A stretch of 64,000 nt of DNA from Rubripirellula sp. (GTDB lineage Bacteria; Planctomycetota; Planctomycetia; Pirellulales; Pirellulaceae), in assembly GCA_965216875.1 (NCBI GenBank), contig OZ244207.1, forward strand, positions 7,616,001 to 7,680,000. Reading direction: 5' to 3'. Under the pieces are notes generated by a model. It ran no database searches. It was given only the letters and a program-made list of their open reading frames with translations, and was not told where the DNA came from. The position numbers and the translations under genes were made by a program. Shown here piece by piece: positions 48,284 to 56,851 of the stretch; within the stretch, counting starts at the first letter, position 1, and each line of letters starts with the position of its first letter.

Positions 48284-51064
48284 ATGTCGGTGAGTGGTTC
48301 GTCTGCCGAAAATGCTTCGATCGAGCGTTTGGCCAACGAGGTCAGCGGTCAAGTTCGGCATGGGAAACGTCCCGACGCCAGTGACTTGAAAGATCGATAC
48401 CCCGAGTTGTCCGGTGACGTTGACGGGCTTGTCGACACCGTTTCCTTTCTCGAGGAAGCAAGCTTTCGGCGTCGTGGTCGCCGATCCCGCGGATTTGTCA
48501 TCGATGCTCGCGGTCGCCGTCAAAAAACGCTAGGCGGCTTTCGGTTGATCAGAGAGATCAGTCGCGGTGGAATGGGAATCGTCTACGAGGCTCAACAGCA
48601 GTCGCTCAATCGACGTGTTGCAGTCAAGGTGCTGCCGCCGAGTCCGTTGTTGACCGATGTTGAAAGAACCCGTTTCGAACGGGAGGGGACAGCGGTCGCT
48701 CGATTGCACCACTCGAACATCGTCCCGATTTTTGGGACGGGAGTCGAGCATGGTGTGCAGTACTGCGTGATGCAGTATATCGACGGCAGTAGTCTGAACA
48801 CGCTGGTGGCAACGGTGCGTCGCAAGCTCGGGCTTCCCTTGCAATCGGCGGGCGGTGAAGCGGCAGCAGCTGATCGCTATATCGATTCCGGATCGCGTGT
48901 TGTTGGCCACCTTCTTGGTACCAGCAAGCAACGGTTTTTTGATCGTTCGTTGGGTGCGCCATCTGAGCAAGCCAACGACAACGCCTTGGGCGAATCGATC
49001 CATCGAGAACAACTAAACGAAATTCCGGCCGACTATTGGCGAAACGTGGCACGTGTGATTCGAGACGTTGCTGACGCCTTGCGTCACGCGCATGGACAAG
49101 GTGTGTTGCACCGCGATATCAAACCAGGCAACCTCATTCTTGATTGTCAGGGGCACGTGTGGGTCGCCGATTTTGGGCTGGCCAAACTACATGACAACGA
49201 AAGTTTGACCGCAGGCGGCAACGTTGTCGGAACGTTGCGTTACTCATCGCCCGAACAGTTACACGGCGATGCCGATGAACGAAGCGATCTCTATTCGCTC
49301 GGTATCACCCTTTATGAGTTATGTACTCTCGAACGTGCGTTTCGCGCGACAGACCAACGCGAATTGGTCCACCAAATCGTCAACGAGACGCCCACGCCGC
49401 CACGGCAAATTCAGAGCCGTCTGCCGCGCGATTTGGAAACGATCATCCTGAAGGCGATTGCGGCCGAACCGGAGCAACGCTACCAGACGGCCACCGAGTT
49501 CGCCCAGGATCTGGACAACTTCCTGGAGGATCGATTGCTTGTTGCTCGCAGGCAACCCGTTTGGAAACGCATTGCGCGTTGGTGTCGGCGTCACCGAGTG
49601 GAAACGGCCTTGGCTGCGGTTGCCTGTGCGATGTTGTTTTTTTCTGCGATCGGAGCATCGGTCGCCTATTTTCGCGAATCGAGGTTGCGGCATGAAGCGA
49701 CCGAGACGACGTACCGAACACGCGAGGCGATCGACCGAGTTTATGAGTCGTACCTGCCGAACTGGACAACGTCATCGACCGTGTCGGTTCATGGTGCGAC
49801 CAACGTCTCGCCGGCATCGGCTCAGCTTCTTGAGGAGCTTGCCGAGTTCTACCAAGAACTGGCGGATCGGCCGGGGCAAGGTCCCGAAGCCATTTTGGAA
49901 AGCGCCGCAGCACGCCGACGAATCGGTTTGATTTATCACCGGTTGGGCGAGTTCGAAAAATCACGCCAGGCGTACGAGTACGCCAAAGAACGGCTGAATC
50001 AACAATACCGTCAGCACCCCAGTGACCAACTGCGGTTGGAATACGCTCGCGTTTGCAACGAGATCGGTTGCCTCTATTGGACGCAGCGGAAATTCCCGGA
50101 ATCACTGCGAAGCCACCAAATCGCGATCACGTTCTTGCGAGGGATTCCGGATCGTTCCGTCGATCGATCCAAAGTTCAATTTGAACTTGCCCGAACGCTT
50201 TTCTTTAGCGGACGACGAGCACGCGGTTTGGCTGGAGGCATTGTGAGCGATTTCGTTGTCGACGCGAACAATGTGGATTCGACGATTCGGGCCGGCCAAC
50301 GCGAGTCCGCCGTCCGTCATGCAATCAGCATTTTGGAGGCGTTGTCTGACGACGAGCCAACCAATATGGAGTTTCGATTGCTACTCGCTCTGTGTTACCG
50401 CGAAACGGCGGAACTGCAGGCCGACGAAGAAGGCTTTCCGGCCGACACCGCCATGCGCCAAGCTTTGGAAGCGCTCGAAGATCTCCATTATCTGGCCCCA
50501 GAACATCCGGGGTACCAATACGAGTTGTGCACCACATTGCGGTGGATCAACTTGGAGATGCACCCGGATCCCGTCGCGTGGCAACGGACCATCAAACGTT
50601 TGGAACGTTCGGTAGACTTGGCCGAGCAGCTCTGTGAACGCCGGCCGGATGAATGGATCTATTCGGCAGCTCGGGTGGAGAGTTTGCTCAAACTGGCGAC
50701 TGTCTACCAACGCAATCGGGCCTTCGAACAGGCGCTCGTGCCGGCCCAACAAGCGACGGAATTGGCAACGGAGATTGCCCGAGCGAACCCTCAAATCGAT
50801 GTGTTCCGGCATTGGATTGGGCATTCCTATCGGCGGCAGGGCGAGTTTCTTGTCAATCTCGAACGTCCTGAGGAAGCGATCGTTTTTCTCGATCGAGCGG
50901 TGACGGAATTCGAGGCGGTGCTGGACCAGCGTTCCATTCACAACCTCTCCGTTCCTGAACAATTGCACCGAATCCACGAGGCCCGAGTGCGAGCCTATGA
51001 AAAACTTGGTGAGCCCAAAAAAGCTCAACGAGCCTGGCGCGCGGCCCAGAAATACGTGGATTGA
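48284..51064 (+). CDS. Ser/Thr protein kinase with TM helix and TPR-like C-terminal region
   Basis: RGGMGIVY, VAVK, HRDIKPGN, DFGLAK, YSSPEQ and DLYSLG; TM helix; helical repeats. Confidence 0.92.
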   Translation: MSVSGSSAENASIERLANEVSGQVRHGKRPDASDLKDRYPELSGDVDGLVDTVSFLEEASFRRRGRRSRGFVIDARGRRQKTLGGFRLIREISRGGMGIVYEAQQQSLNRRVAVKVLPPSPLLTDVERTRFEREGTAVARLHHSNIVPIFGTGVEHGVQYCVMQYIDGSSLNTLVATVRRKLGLPLQSAGGEAAAADRYIDSGSRVVGHLLGTSKQRFFDRSLGAPSEQANDNALGESIHREQLNEIPADYWRNVARVIRDVADALRHAHGQGVLHRDIKPGNLILDCQGHVWVADFGLAKLHDNESLTAGGNVVGTLRYSSPEQLHGDADERSDLYSLGITLYELCTLERAFRATDQRELVHQIVNETPTPPRQIQSRLPRDLETIILKAIAAEPEQRYQTATEFAQDLDNFLEDRLLVARRQPVWKRIARWCRRHRVETALAAVACAMLFFSAIGASVAYFRESRLRHEATETTYRTREAIDRVYESYLPNWTTSSTVSVHGATNVSPASAQLLEELAEFYQELADRPGQGPEAILESAAARRRIGLIYHRLGEFEKSRQAYEYAKERLNQQYRQHPSDQLRLEYARVCNEIGCLYWTQRKFPESLRSHQIAITFLRGIPDRSVDRSKVQFELARTLFFSGRRARGLAGGIVSDFVVDANNVDSTIRAGQRESAVRHAISILEALSDDEPTNMEFRLLLALCYRETAELQADEEGFPADTAMRQALEALEDLHYLAPEHPGYQYELCTTLRWINLEMHPDPVAWQRTIKRLERSVDLAEQLCERRPDEWIYSAARVESLLKLATVYQRNRAFEQALVPAQQATELATEIARANPQIDVFRHWIGHSYRRQGEFLVNLERPEEAIVFLDRAVTEFEAVLDQRSIHNLSVPEQLHRIHEARVRAYEKLGEPKKAQRAWRAAQKYVD

Positions 51065-51252
51065 TTTTTTTGTGCAACGCAATCAGAATCATCCTGCTCT
51101 GCCCACATGTAGGTGTGCGTGGAGTATCCCTCCGCCACCATCACTGCTTCTGAGATGTGCTGCCGTCACTTTCGACGTGTGATGCCAGCTGCAACCACAG
51201 CCCCTTCCCGGCAACGTCGACTTTCTCTGGTAAGCAAAACGTTTGGTATTCG

Positions 51253-52632
51253 ATGGTTGGAACCTCCCTAAAGCGTCGTCAATTCCTTTCTCATTCAACC
51301 GCGTTGGCTGCAGCGACTTCGATCGCGGCTCACCGTACCGCCTCGGCGATGGTTGTTTCACAGGCGGCAACGGAACGACCAAACCTTGGTTTGATTGGTG
51401 CCGGTCGTATGGGCCACAACCACATGCGATTCGCTGCTGGCATGTGCGATGTGGTGGCAGTTTGTGACGTTGATCGCAATCATCGTGAAAAGGCGATCGC
51501 CAAAGTTAGCAAAGGCAAGGCCGACGGTTACGTCGACTACCGAGCCATCCTTGATCGCAAAGATGTGGATGTTGTTTACATTGCGACGCCCGATCATTGG
51601 CACGCAAAAATCTTGATCGAGGCGATGCACGCCGGCAAAGACGTTTACTGCGAGAAGCCACTGACGTTGACGATCGACGAAGGCAAACAGATTCGCAAAG
51701 TTCAAAAGCAGACTGGACGCGTTGTTCAGGTCGGGACGATGCAACGCAGCTACTTGCGTCTGTTCGTCAAAGCGATTGCGATGGTTGAGTCGGGGCGACT
51801 CGGCAAGCTCCATCGGGTGTCCGCGTCGATTGGTGGTTCGGGCGGCAGCGGTCCTCTTCCCGCGGTGAAGGTTCCCGATTGGTTGGATTGGAATCAGTGG
51901 CTTGGGCCAGCGCCGAAGGCACCGTTCCGATTGCTTGAAGATGCATCGAGCAAGGATGAGTGGAGCATCGGCAAGACGAACGCTCATCAGAACTTTCGTT
52001 GGTGGCTCGACTACAGCGGTGGCAAGATGACCGACTGGGGCGCTCACCATGTCGACATCGCTTGCTGGGCACTACGAGCCGCCGGTCAATCCGATACATT
52101 GCTTTCGATTGGTGGCGATTCGAAAACGCCCGTTCCGTTCAAGGATGGATTCCCGACGGTGGAAGACGCCTACAACACCCCGCACCAATTTCGTCTTGTT
52201 GGAAAGATGGAAGGGGGCGCCGAGCTCGTCATTCAATCCCAAGGACGTAACGGTTGCTTGATTGAAGGGGATCGCGGGCGCATTTTTGTCAGTCGCGGTG
52301 ACCTGACTGGCAAGCCGGTCGAGGATCTCAAGGACAACCCACTTCCGGACGATGCGATCGCCAAAGCGTACAAGGGTTTGCCGACTCCGTTTGATCAGCA
52401 TAAGAATCATTGGGCTAACTTCTTTCATTGCTGCCGCGAGCGTATCGAGCCGATCTCGGACGTGACCAGTCACTTGCGAGCAATCGATATTTGCCACTTG
52501 GCAAACATTAGTGCTCGTTTTGGACGCGCTCTCCAATGGGACGATGCGACAGAAACGATCGTTGGCGACGACCAAGCCAACGGACTCCTAGCGCGAAGCT
52601 ACCGTAAGGGTTTCGAAATCGAGACCGCCTAG
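51253..52632 (+). CDS. Gfo/Idh/MocA-family oxidoreductase with Tat signal
   Basis: KRRQFL; GLIGAGRMG, IATPDHWH, YCEKP and DWGAHHVD. Confidence 0.92.
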   Translation: MVGTSLKRRQFLSHSTALAAATSIAAHRTASAMVVSQAATERPNLGLIGAGRMGHNHMRFAAGMCDVVAVCDVDRNHREKAIAKVSKGKADGYVDYRAILDRKDVDVVYIATPDHWHAKILIEAMHAGKDVYCEKPLTLTIDEGKQIRKVQKQTGRVVQVGTMQRSYLRLFVKAIAMVESGRLGKLHRVSASIGGSGGSGPLPAVKVPDWLDWNQWLGPAPKAPFRLLEDASSKDEWSIGKTNAHQNFRWWLDYSGGKMTDWGAHHVDIACWALRAAGQSDTLLSIGGDSKTPVPFKDGFPTVEDAYNTPHQFRLVGKMEGGAELVIQSQGRNGCLIEGDRGRIFVSRGDLTGKPVEDLKDNPLPDDAIAKAYKGLPTPFDQHKNHWANFFHCCRERIEPISDVTSHLRAIDICHLANISARFGRALQWDDATETIVGDDQANGLLARSYRKGFEIETA

Positions 52633-52639
52633 ACATCAC

Positions 52640-52850
52640 GTTTGTAGTCCCGAGCTTTAGCCGGAATCTTCTCGCATTCCGCCTGAAGGCGGGACTACGA
52701 ACCGTAGTGGACGAGGCCACGAGTCCCCTCGAGCAGCCTTATTGGCGCGTCTTGCCCGTTTGTAGTCCCGAGCTTTAGCCGGAATCTTCTCGCATTTCCG
52801 CCTGAAGGCGGTACTACGAACAGGAGGGGACTCGTTGCCTCGTCCACTAC
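52640..52850. repeat. Nested REP cluster (BIME/REPIN-like)
   Basis: About 63-nt family A doublet at 52640-52702 and 52758-52821; second REP family in inverted orientation at 52704-52727 and 52827-52850. Confidence 0.85.
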
Positions 52851-52920
52851 GTTCAGGTTCGGCGTCGGCATTCTTTTTGCACTCCGTAACGGTGTTCTTT
52901 TTACGGGGAGTAAATGTGCG

Positions 52921-53037
52921 ATGTTGACTTCAATGAACGAATTCCACCGACGTCACGAAACGCTTTGGTGGATCATGCTCGAGGTCTTGGCGGTGGTCGC
53001 GGTATGTCTGTTCGCTGGAACGCTGAACGGCTTCTAG
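52921..53037 (+). CDS. Candidate small membrane protein (38 aa)
   Basis: MLTSMNEFHRRHETLWWIMLEVLAVVAVCLFAGTLNGF; GGGGAG RBS 10 nt upstream; below the ORF-track cutoff. Confidence 0.5.
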   Translation: MLTSMNEFHRRHETLWWIMLEVLAVVAVCLFAGTLNGF

Positions 53038-53356
53038 GAGAGCACCAAGCTACCTCTTCGGTCTTTTGATGAGCCGATGAAACGGATCGACATGCGGCTC
53101 GATCGCCGTGGCGGTGAGTGTGATCGTTCTTGCCGCTGCCGTGATCTCTTGCTCTTTTGTGCCCCTACGCACGGCGATCTGTGCTGATAAGCGCGCTGCG
53201 GCCAAAGACGCTTGCGTTTTTCAATTGGCACGGCGAATGCATTCACTCTTTGTTGACCGAGCGTCTGCGGCAGATGGCCAATGACATTCAGATTGACCTG
53301 TCGACGGAGCTCGCCTGACTTGCCAGTGATCACACCGGTTTTGGGAGGTTCGAACG

Positions 53357-54277
53357 ATGAGAATCCTACTTGCAACGGATGGTTCGGCTTGCGCCGAAGA
53401 GGCTGCTTGGCTGTTGTCGCATCTGCCACATCGCGAAAAGATCGACTTGACCGTTCTGACGGTGGTGCATCTTCCGCCGGTCCGCTTTTCACAGCCGACA
53501 AAAAGGTGGATGTCGGTCTGTGTCGGCAAGGAAAGGGCCTTTGCAGCGGATGCCTTCGAACGCGTTGAGGTGATGTTCCAAGGCGCCAACGCAAATATTC
53601 GTCATTTGATTTGCGAAGGCAATCCAGGTGAAACGATCGTCGAACAGGCGAAAGAAATCAACGCGGACCTGATCGTGGTGGGCGCACGTGGTCACTCGAC
53701 CGTGGATCGCATACTGCTTGGCAGCACGAGCGACTTTGTGGCGACCCACGCCGATCGATCGGTTCTGATCGTGCGTCCCACAGGACTGCGTGATCAACCA
53801 GAGCGTGCACTTTATGCGGCATTTGCTTATGACGATTCAGGTCCCTCGGAAGCCGCGATTGATCAATTCAGTGAGTTCTCGTGGGGTACGAACACGAACG
53901 TGTATGCCGTCTCGGTAGTCTCGTACGTCTCGTCGTTCCTGAACGAAGTGATCGTCAATTCGGAAGAGACCAAGGATGCTGCTGCCGAAGCACTTGAGCA
54001 AGCAGCCGAGCGATTGAAGAAGGTTGCACCCAACACGGAGAGCAAGCTGATCGAATGTGATCATATCGGCGAAGGGATCACGCAGTTTGTGGAAGACCAC
54101 CAATTCGACTTGGTGGTGATGGGCGATCCCTGTCGAACGGCGCTGGGCCGATTTGTCCTTGGCAGTGTCCCGCACTACGTTTTGCGACACGCTCCCTGCT
54201 CGATCTGGATCACTCGCAATCGTGTGATCGAGGAACCGGTCACCGAGAAGAAACTGGCCGCTACCACGGCCGGTTAG
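53357..54277 (+). CDS. Universal stress protein (tandem domains)
   Basis: ILLATDGS, DLIVVGARG, LLGSTSD; second domain DLVVMG and LGSVPHYVLRHAPCS; GGAGG RBS. Confidence 0.92.
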   Translation: MRILLATDGSACAEEAAWLLSHLPHREKIDLTVLTVVHLPPVRFSQPTKRWMSVCVGKERAFAADAFERVEVMFQGANANIRHLICEGNPGETIVEQAKEINADLIVVGARGHSTVDRILLGSTSDFVATHADRSVLIVRPTGLRDQPERALYAAFAYDDSGPSEAAIDQFSEFSWGTNTNVYAVSVVSYVSSFLNEVIVNSEETKDAAAEALEQAAERLKKVAPNTESKLIECDHIGEGITQFVEDHQFDLVVMGDPCRTALGRFVLGSVPHYVLRHAPCSIWITRNRVIEEPVTEKKLAATTAG

Positions 54278-54281
54278 CCCC

Positions 54282-54312
54282 GTTCGTAGTCCCGAGCTTT
54301 AGCCGGAATCTT
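54282..54312. repeat. REP-like family A copy
   Basis: GTTCGTAGTCCCGAGCTTTAGCCGGAATCTT immediately after the USP stop codon. Confidence 0.8.
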
Positions 54313-54370
54313 CAGCGCAGCGGCGGGATTCAAATGCCGGATCTGTGTCGCTGTCGCTCCTTGATCCGGC

Positions 54371-55333
54371 CTACCTTACTGCGTCGCCCTCGGCTTCGGC
54401 GAGCCGTTTTTCGGTTCGGCGAGCAACGTTGGCGATCACGGTGACAAAATCGTTTCGCGTCGATTCTTTAATCTGCGGCAAACGTTGGGCAACGTCGATC
54501 AGTGCGGATGGATTACGCTCGGACGCCTGCGAAACTTGCGAAATGAACCGTGCGGTTTCCGAGAAGTTGTGATCGGCGGAACGGCCAATCAGTCCGCTGA
54601 GAGTTCGAGCGATCAGGTCGGCGCCCAGGCTGTCGAATTGAATGAAACAGTCCAGCGTCCCGGTCACGGTTGTTGCGCCCGATGCCGTCGGAGCGTATTT
54701 GCTGTGCAGTACGAAAACCGCTTTGCCTCGAATCGGCTTGGCGACCAACTTTCCGTCGTAGAACCCATCCGCGACGAAGATGTGCGTCTTGGAGTCGCCG
54801 TAGACAAGGTCAACCGTGCAGTGCGTCCCCGTGCCATCTTCAGCCTCGAGTTGATACGGGCCGGTACGCTCGGTTTGCACTTTGGTGATGCCCATCAAAT
54901 CCCACATCCCAACCAGAACTTCGGGGTTGCGGGTAAGGAACAGGAACATCTCGCGATCGGAATTGATCGCTTGGGTGGGTAGCCGACGGTAAATCGTGGG
55001 CGACTCCGCGATCGACAGAATGTTCTGTTGGGCCTTTCGCGTCAGACGCTCCATCGGCAAGCTGTCGATCACCGCCTTCCGCTGCTTGTAGCTGCTGCCA
55101 AAGCCAAGTGCGGGCTTGGCCGAGCGTTGTTTGCCCGAGCCTTGTTTGGCGGCGCTATGATTTGTGGCGCGGTTCGAATTCGCGGTACGGCTTGGATTCG
55201 CGGTACGACTTGGATTCGCGGTACGGCTTGGCGGCGCGGCCGAGAGGTTCACGCAGCAGGTGGCTGACGCGATCGCAAAAAGCGCGCACGCACAGCTACG
55301 TTTGACGATCTTTTCGATCGATCCCACCGCCAC
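54371..55333 (-). CDS. Hypothetical (probably secreted) protein
   Basis: Signal-like segment, SRTANP repeats, then a globular domain; start codon uncertain. Confidence 0.7.
   Translation of the reverse strand: MAVGSIEKIVKRSCACALFAIASATCCVNLSAAPPSRTANPSRTANPSRTANSNRATNHSAAKQGSGKQRSAKPALGFGSSYKQRKAVIDSLPMERLTRKAQQNILSIAESPTIYRRLPTQAINSDREMFLFLTRNPEVLVGMWDLMGITKVQTERTGPYQLEAEDGTGTHCTVDLVYGDSKTHIFVADGFYDGKLVAKPIRGKAVFVLHSKYAPTASGATTVTGTLDCFIQFDSLGADLIARTLSGLIGRSADHNFSETARFISQVSQASERNPSALIDVAQRLPQIKESTRNDFVTVIANVARRTEKRLAEAEGDAVR
55178..55231. repeat. In-frame 18-bp tandem repeat x3
   Basis: ATTCGCGGTACG(G/A)CTTGG x3, encoding PSRTAN on the minus strand. Confidence 0.85.
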
Positions 55334-55663
55334 CGGCGTCCCCCTGCAAGTCAACGATTTGCCCGTCAAATCCGTCCCACCACCAGGGACTGTCTGCGGA
55401 AACGCCAACTTCGGAGTCTGCCGAAACGGGCGCTTGTGATGATTTTTCGGTCCGATGGGGGTGTTCAGTTGAGAAAATCCGCAGCTTGCAACGGGTGGTC
55501 GCCCCACCATCATGGCCCGGCTATGGGAACGATCTGCCCAGCAGGGATGCCCCGTTTTTTGCGTACTCGACACCCGCCCTGGTTTGCCGATAATCCCTTA
55601 CACAGACAACAAGTAGAACTCACCCCCTCCCCTCTGCTGAGCGATCCTTAGGAAGGAATAGAA

Positions 55664-56851
55664 GTGGCAAAAAAATCGATCGACCAAGTTGATGTTGCTG
55701 GCAAAACAGTCCTGATGCGTGTGGATTTCAACGTCCCACTCGATAAATCGCTAGCAATTACCGACGATCGCCGAATCCAAATGGCTTTGCCCAGTATCAA
55801 AAGCGTGATCGATCGCGGCGGCAAATTGATCCTGATGAGCCACCTTGGTCGGCCCGAGGGCAACGGCTACGAGGAAAAGTTCAGCTTGGCTCCGGCAGCC
55901 ACTCGACTTGGCGAATTGCTTGGCAAGTCGGTTGCGATGGCCAAGGACACCGTCGATGAAGACGCCCAAGCCAAAGCAGCCGCTCTCACTGATGGCGACG
56001 TTCTCGTTCTCGAGAACCTGCGTTTCAACGCAGGTGAAAAGAAGGGCTGTGATGAGTTCGCTGGCAAGCTTGCCGCGATGGCCGACGCCTACTGCAACGA
56101 TGCATTCGGAACGTGTCACCGTACCGACGCCTCGATGGTTGCTGTGCCGAGGGCGATGGAAGGCAAACCACGCGTCGTTGGCCACTTGGTCGCCAAAGAG
56201 ATTCAATACCTTAGCGATGCGATCGGAAACCCTGGTCGTCCCTTTGTGGCGATCCTTGGCGGTGCCAAAGTTAGCGACAAGATTAACGTGATCAACAACC
56301 TGCTTGGCATCTGTGACGCAGTCCTGATCGGCGGCGCGATGGCCTACACCTTTTCGTTGGCCAAAGGTGGTAGCGTCGGAAAGAGTCTTGTTGAATCCGA
56401 CAAAGTGGAGTTGGCCGGCGAATTGATCGCCAAAGGTGGCGACAAGTTGCATCTACCTGTCGACACACATTGTGGGGACGACTTTAACGGCGATTGCAAC
56501 AAGCAAGTTGTTGCGGCCGGCGAGATCCCTGAGGGTTGGGAAGGACTTGATATCGGCCCTGAAACGGCCAAGAAGTACGCTGAAGTGATTGCATCGGCCA
56601 AGACGGTCGTTTGGAACGGACCGATGGGCGTCTTCGAAATGCCACCTTTTGACGAAGGAACCAAAGCGGTCGCACAAGCGGTTGCTGATAGCGACTCGAC
56701 CAGCATCATCGGTGGCGGTGATAGTGCTGCCGCTTGTGACCAACTCGGATTTGCGGACAAGGTGAGTCACGTGAGTACCGGCGGCGGTGCGAGCCTGGCG
56801 ATGCTCGAGGGCAAAGCGTTCGCTGCCGTTGATTTGCTGGACGAAGCCTAA
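55664..56851 (+). CDS. pgk: Phosphoglycerate kinase
   Basis: [47 protein letters not shown] and STGGGASL. Confidence 0.98.
   Translation: MAKKSIDQVDVAGKTVLMRVDFNVPLDKSLAITDDRRIQMALPSIKSVIDRGGKLILMSHLGRPEGNGYEEKFSLAPAATRLGELLGKSVAMAKDTVDEDAQAKAAALTDGDVLVLENLRFNAGEKKGCDEFAGKLAAMADAYCNDAFGTCHRTDASMVAVPRAMEGKPRVVGHLVAKEIQYLSDAIGNPGRPFVAILGGAKVSDKINVINNLLGICDAVLIGGAMAYTFSLAKGGSVGKSLVESDKVELAGELIAKGGDKLHLPVDTHCGDDFNGDCNKQVVAAGEIPEGWEGLDIGPETAKKYAEVIASAKTVVWNGPMGVFEMPPFDEGTKAVAQAVADSDSTSIIGGGDSAAACDQLGFADKVSHVSTGGGASLAMLEGKAFAAVDLLDEA

Noticed and set aside
53034..53594. 186-aa minus-strand ORF
   Set aside because: It overlaps the USP gene antisense, has Arg/Ser-rich non-protein-like composition and shows no motifs.
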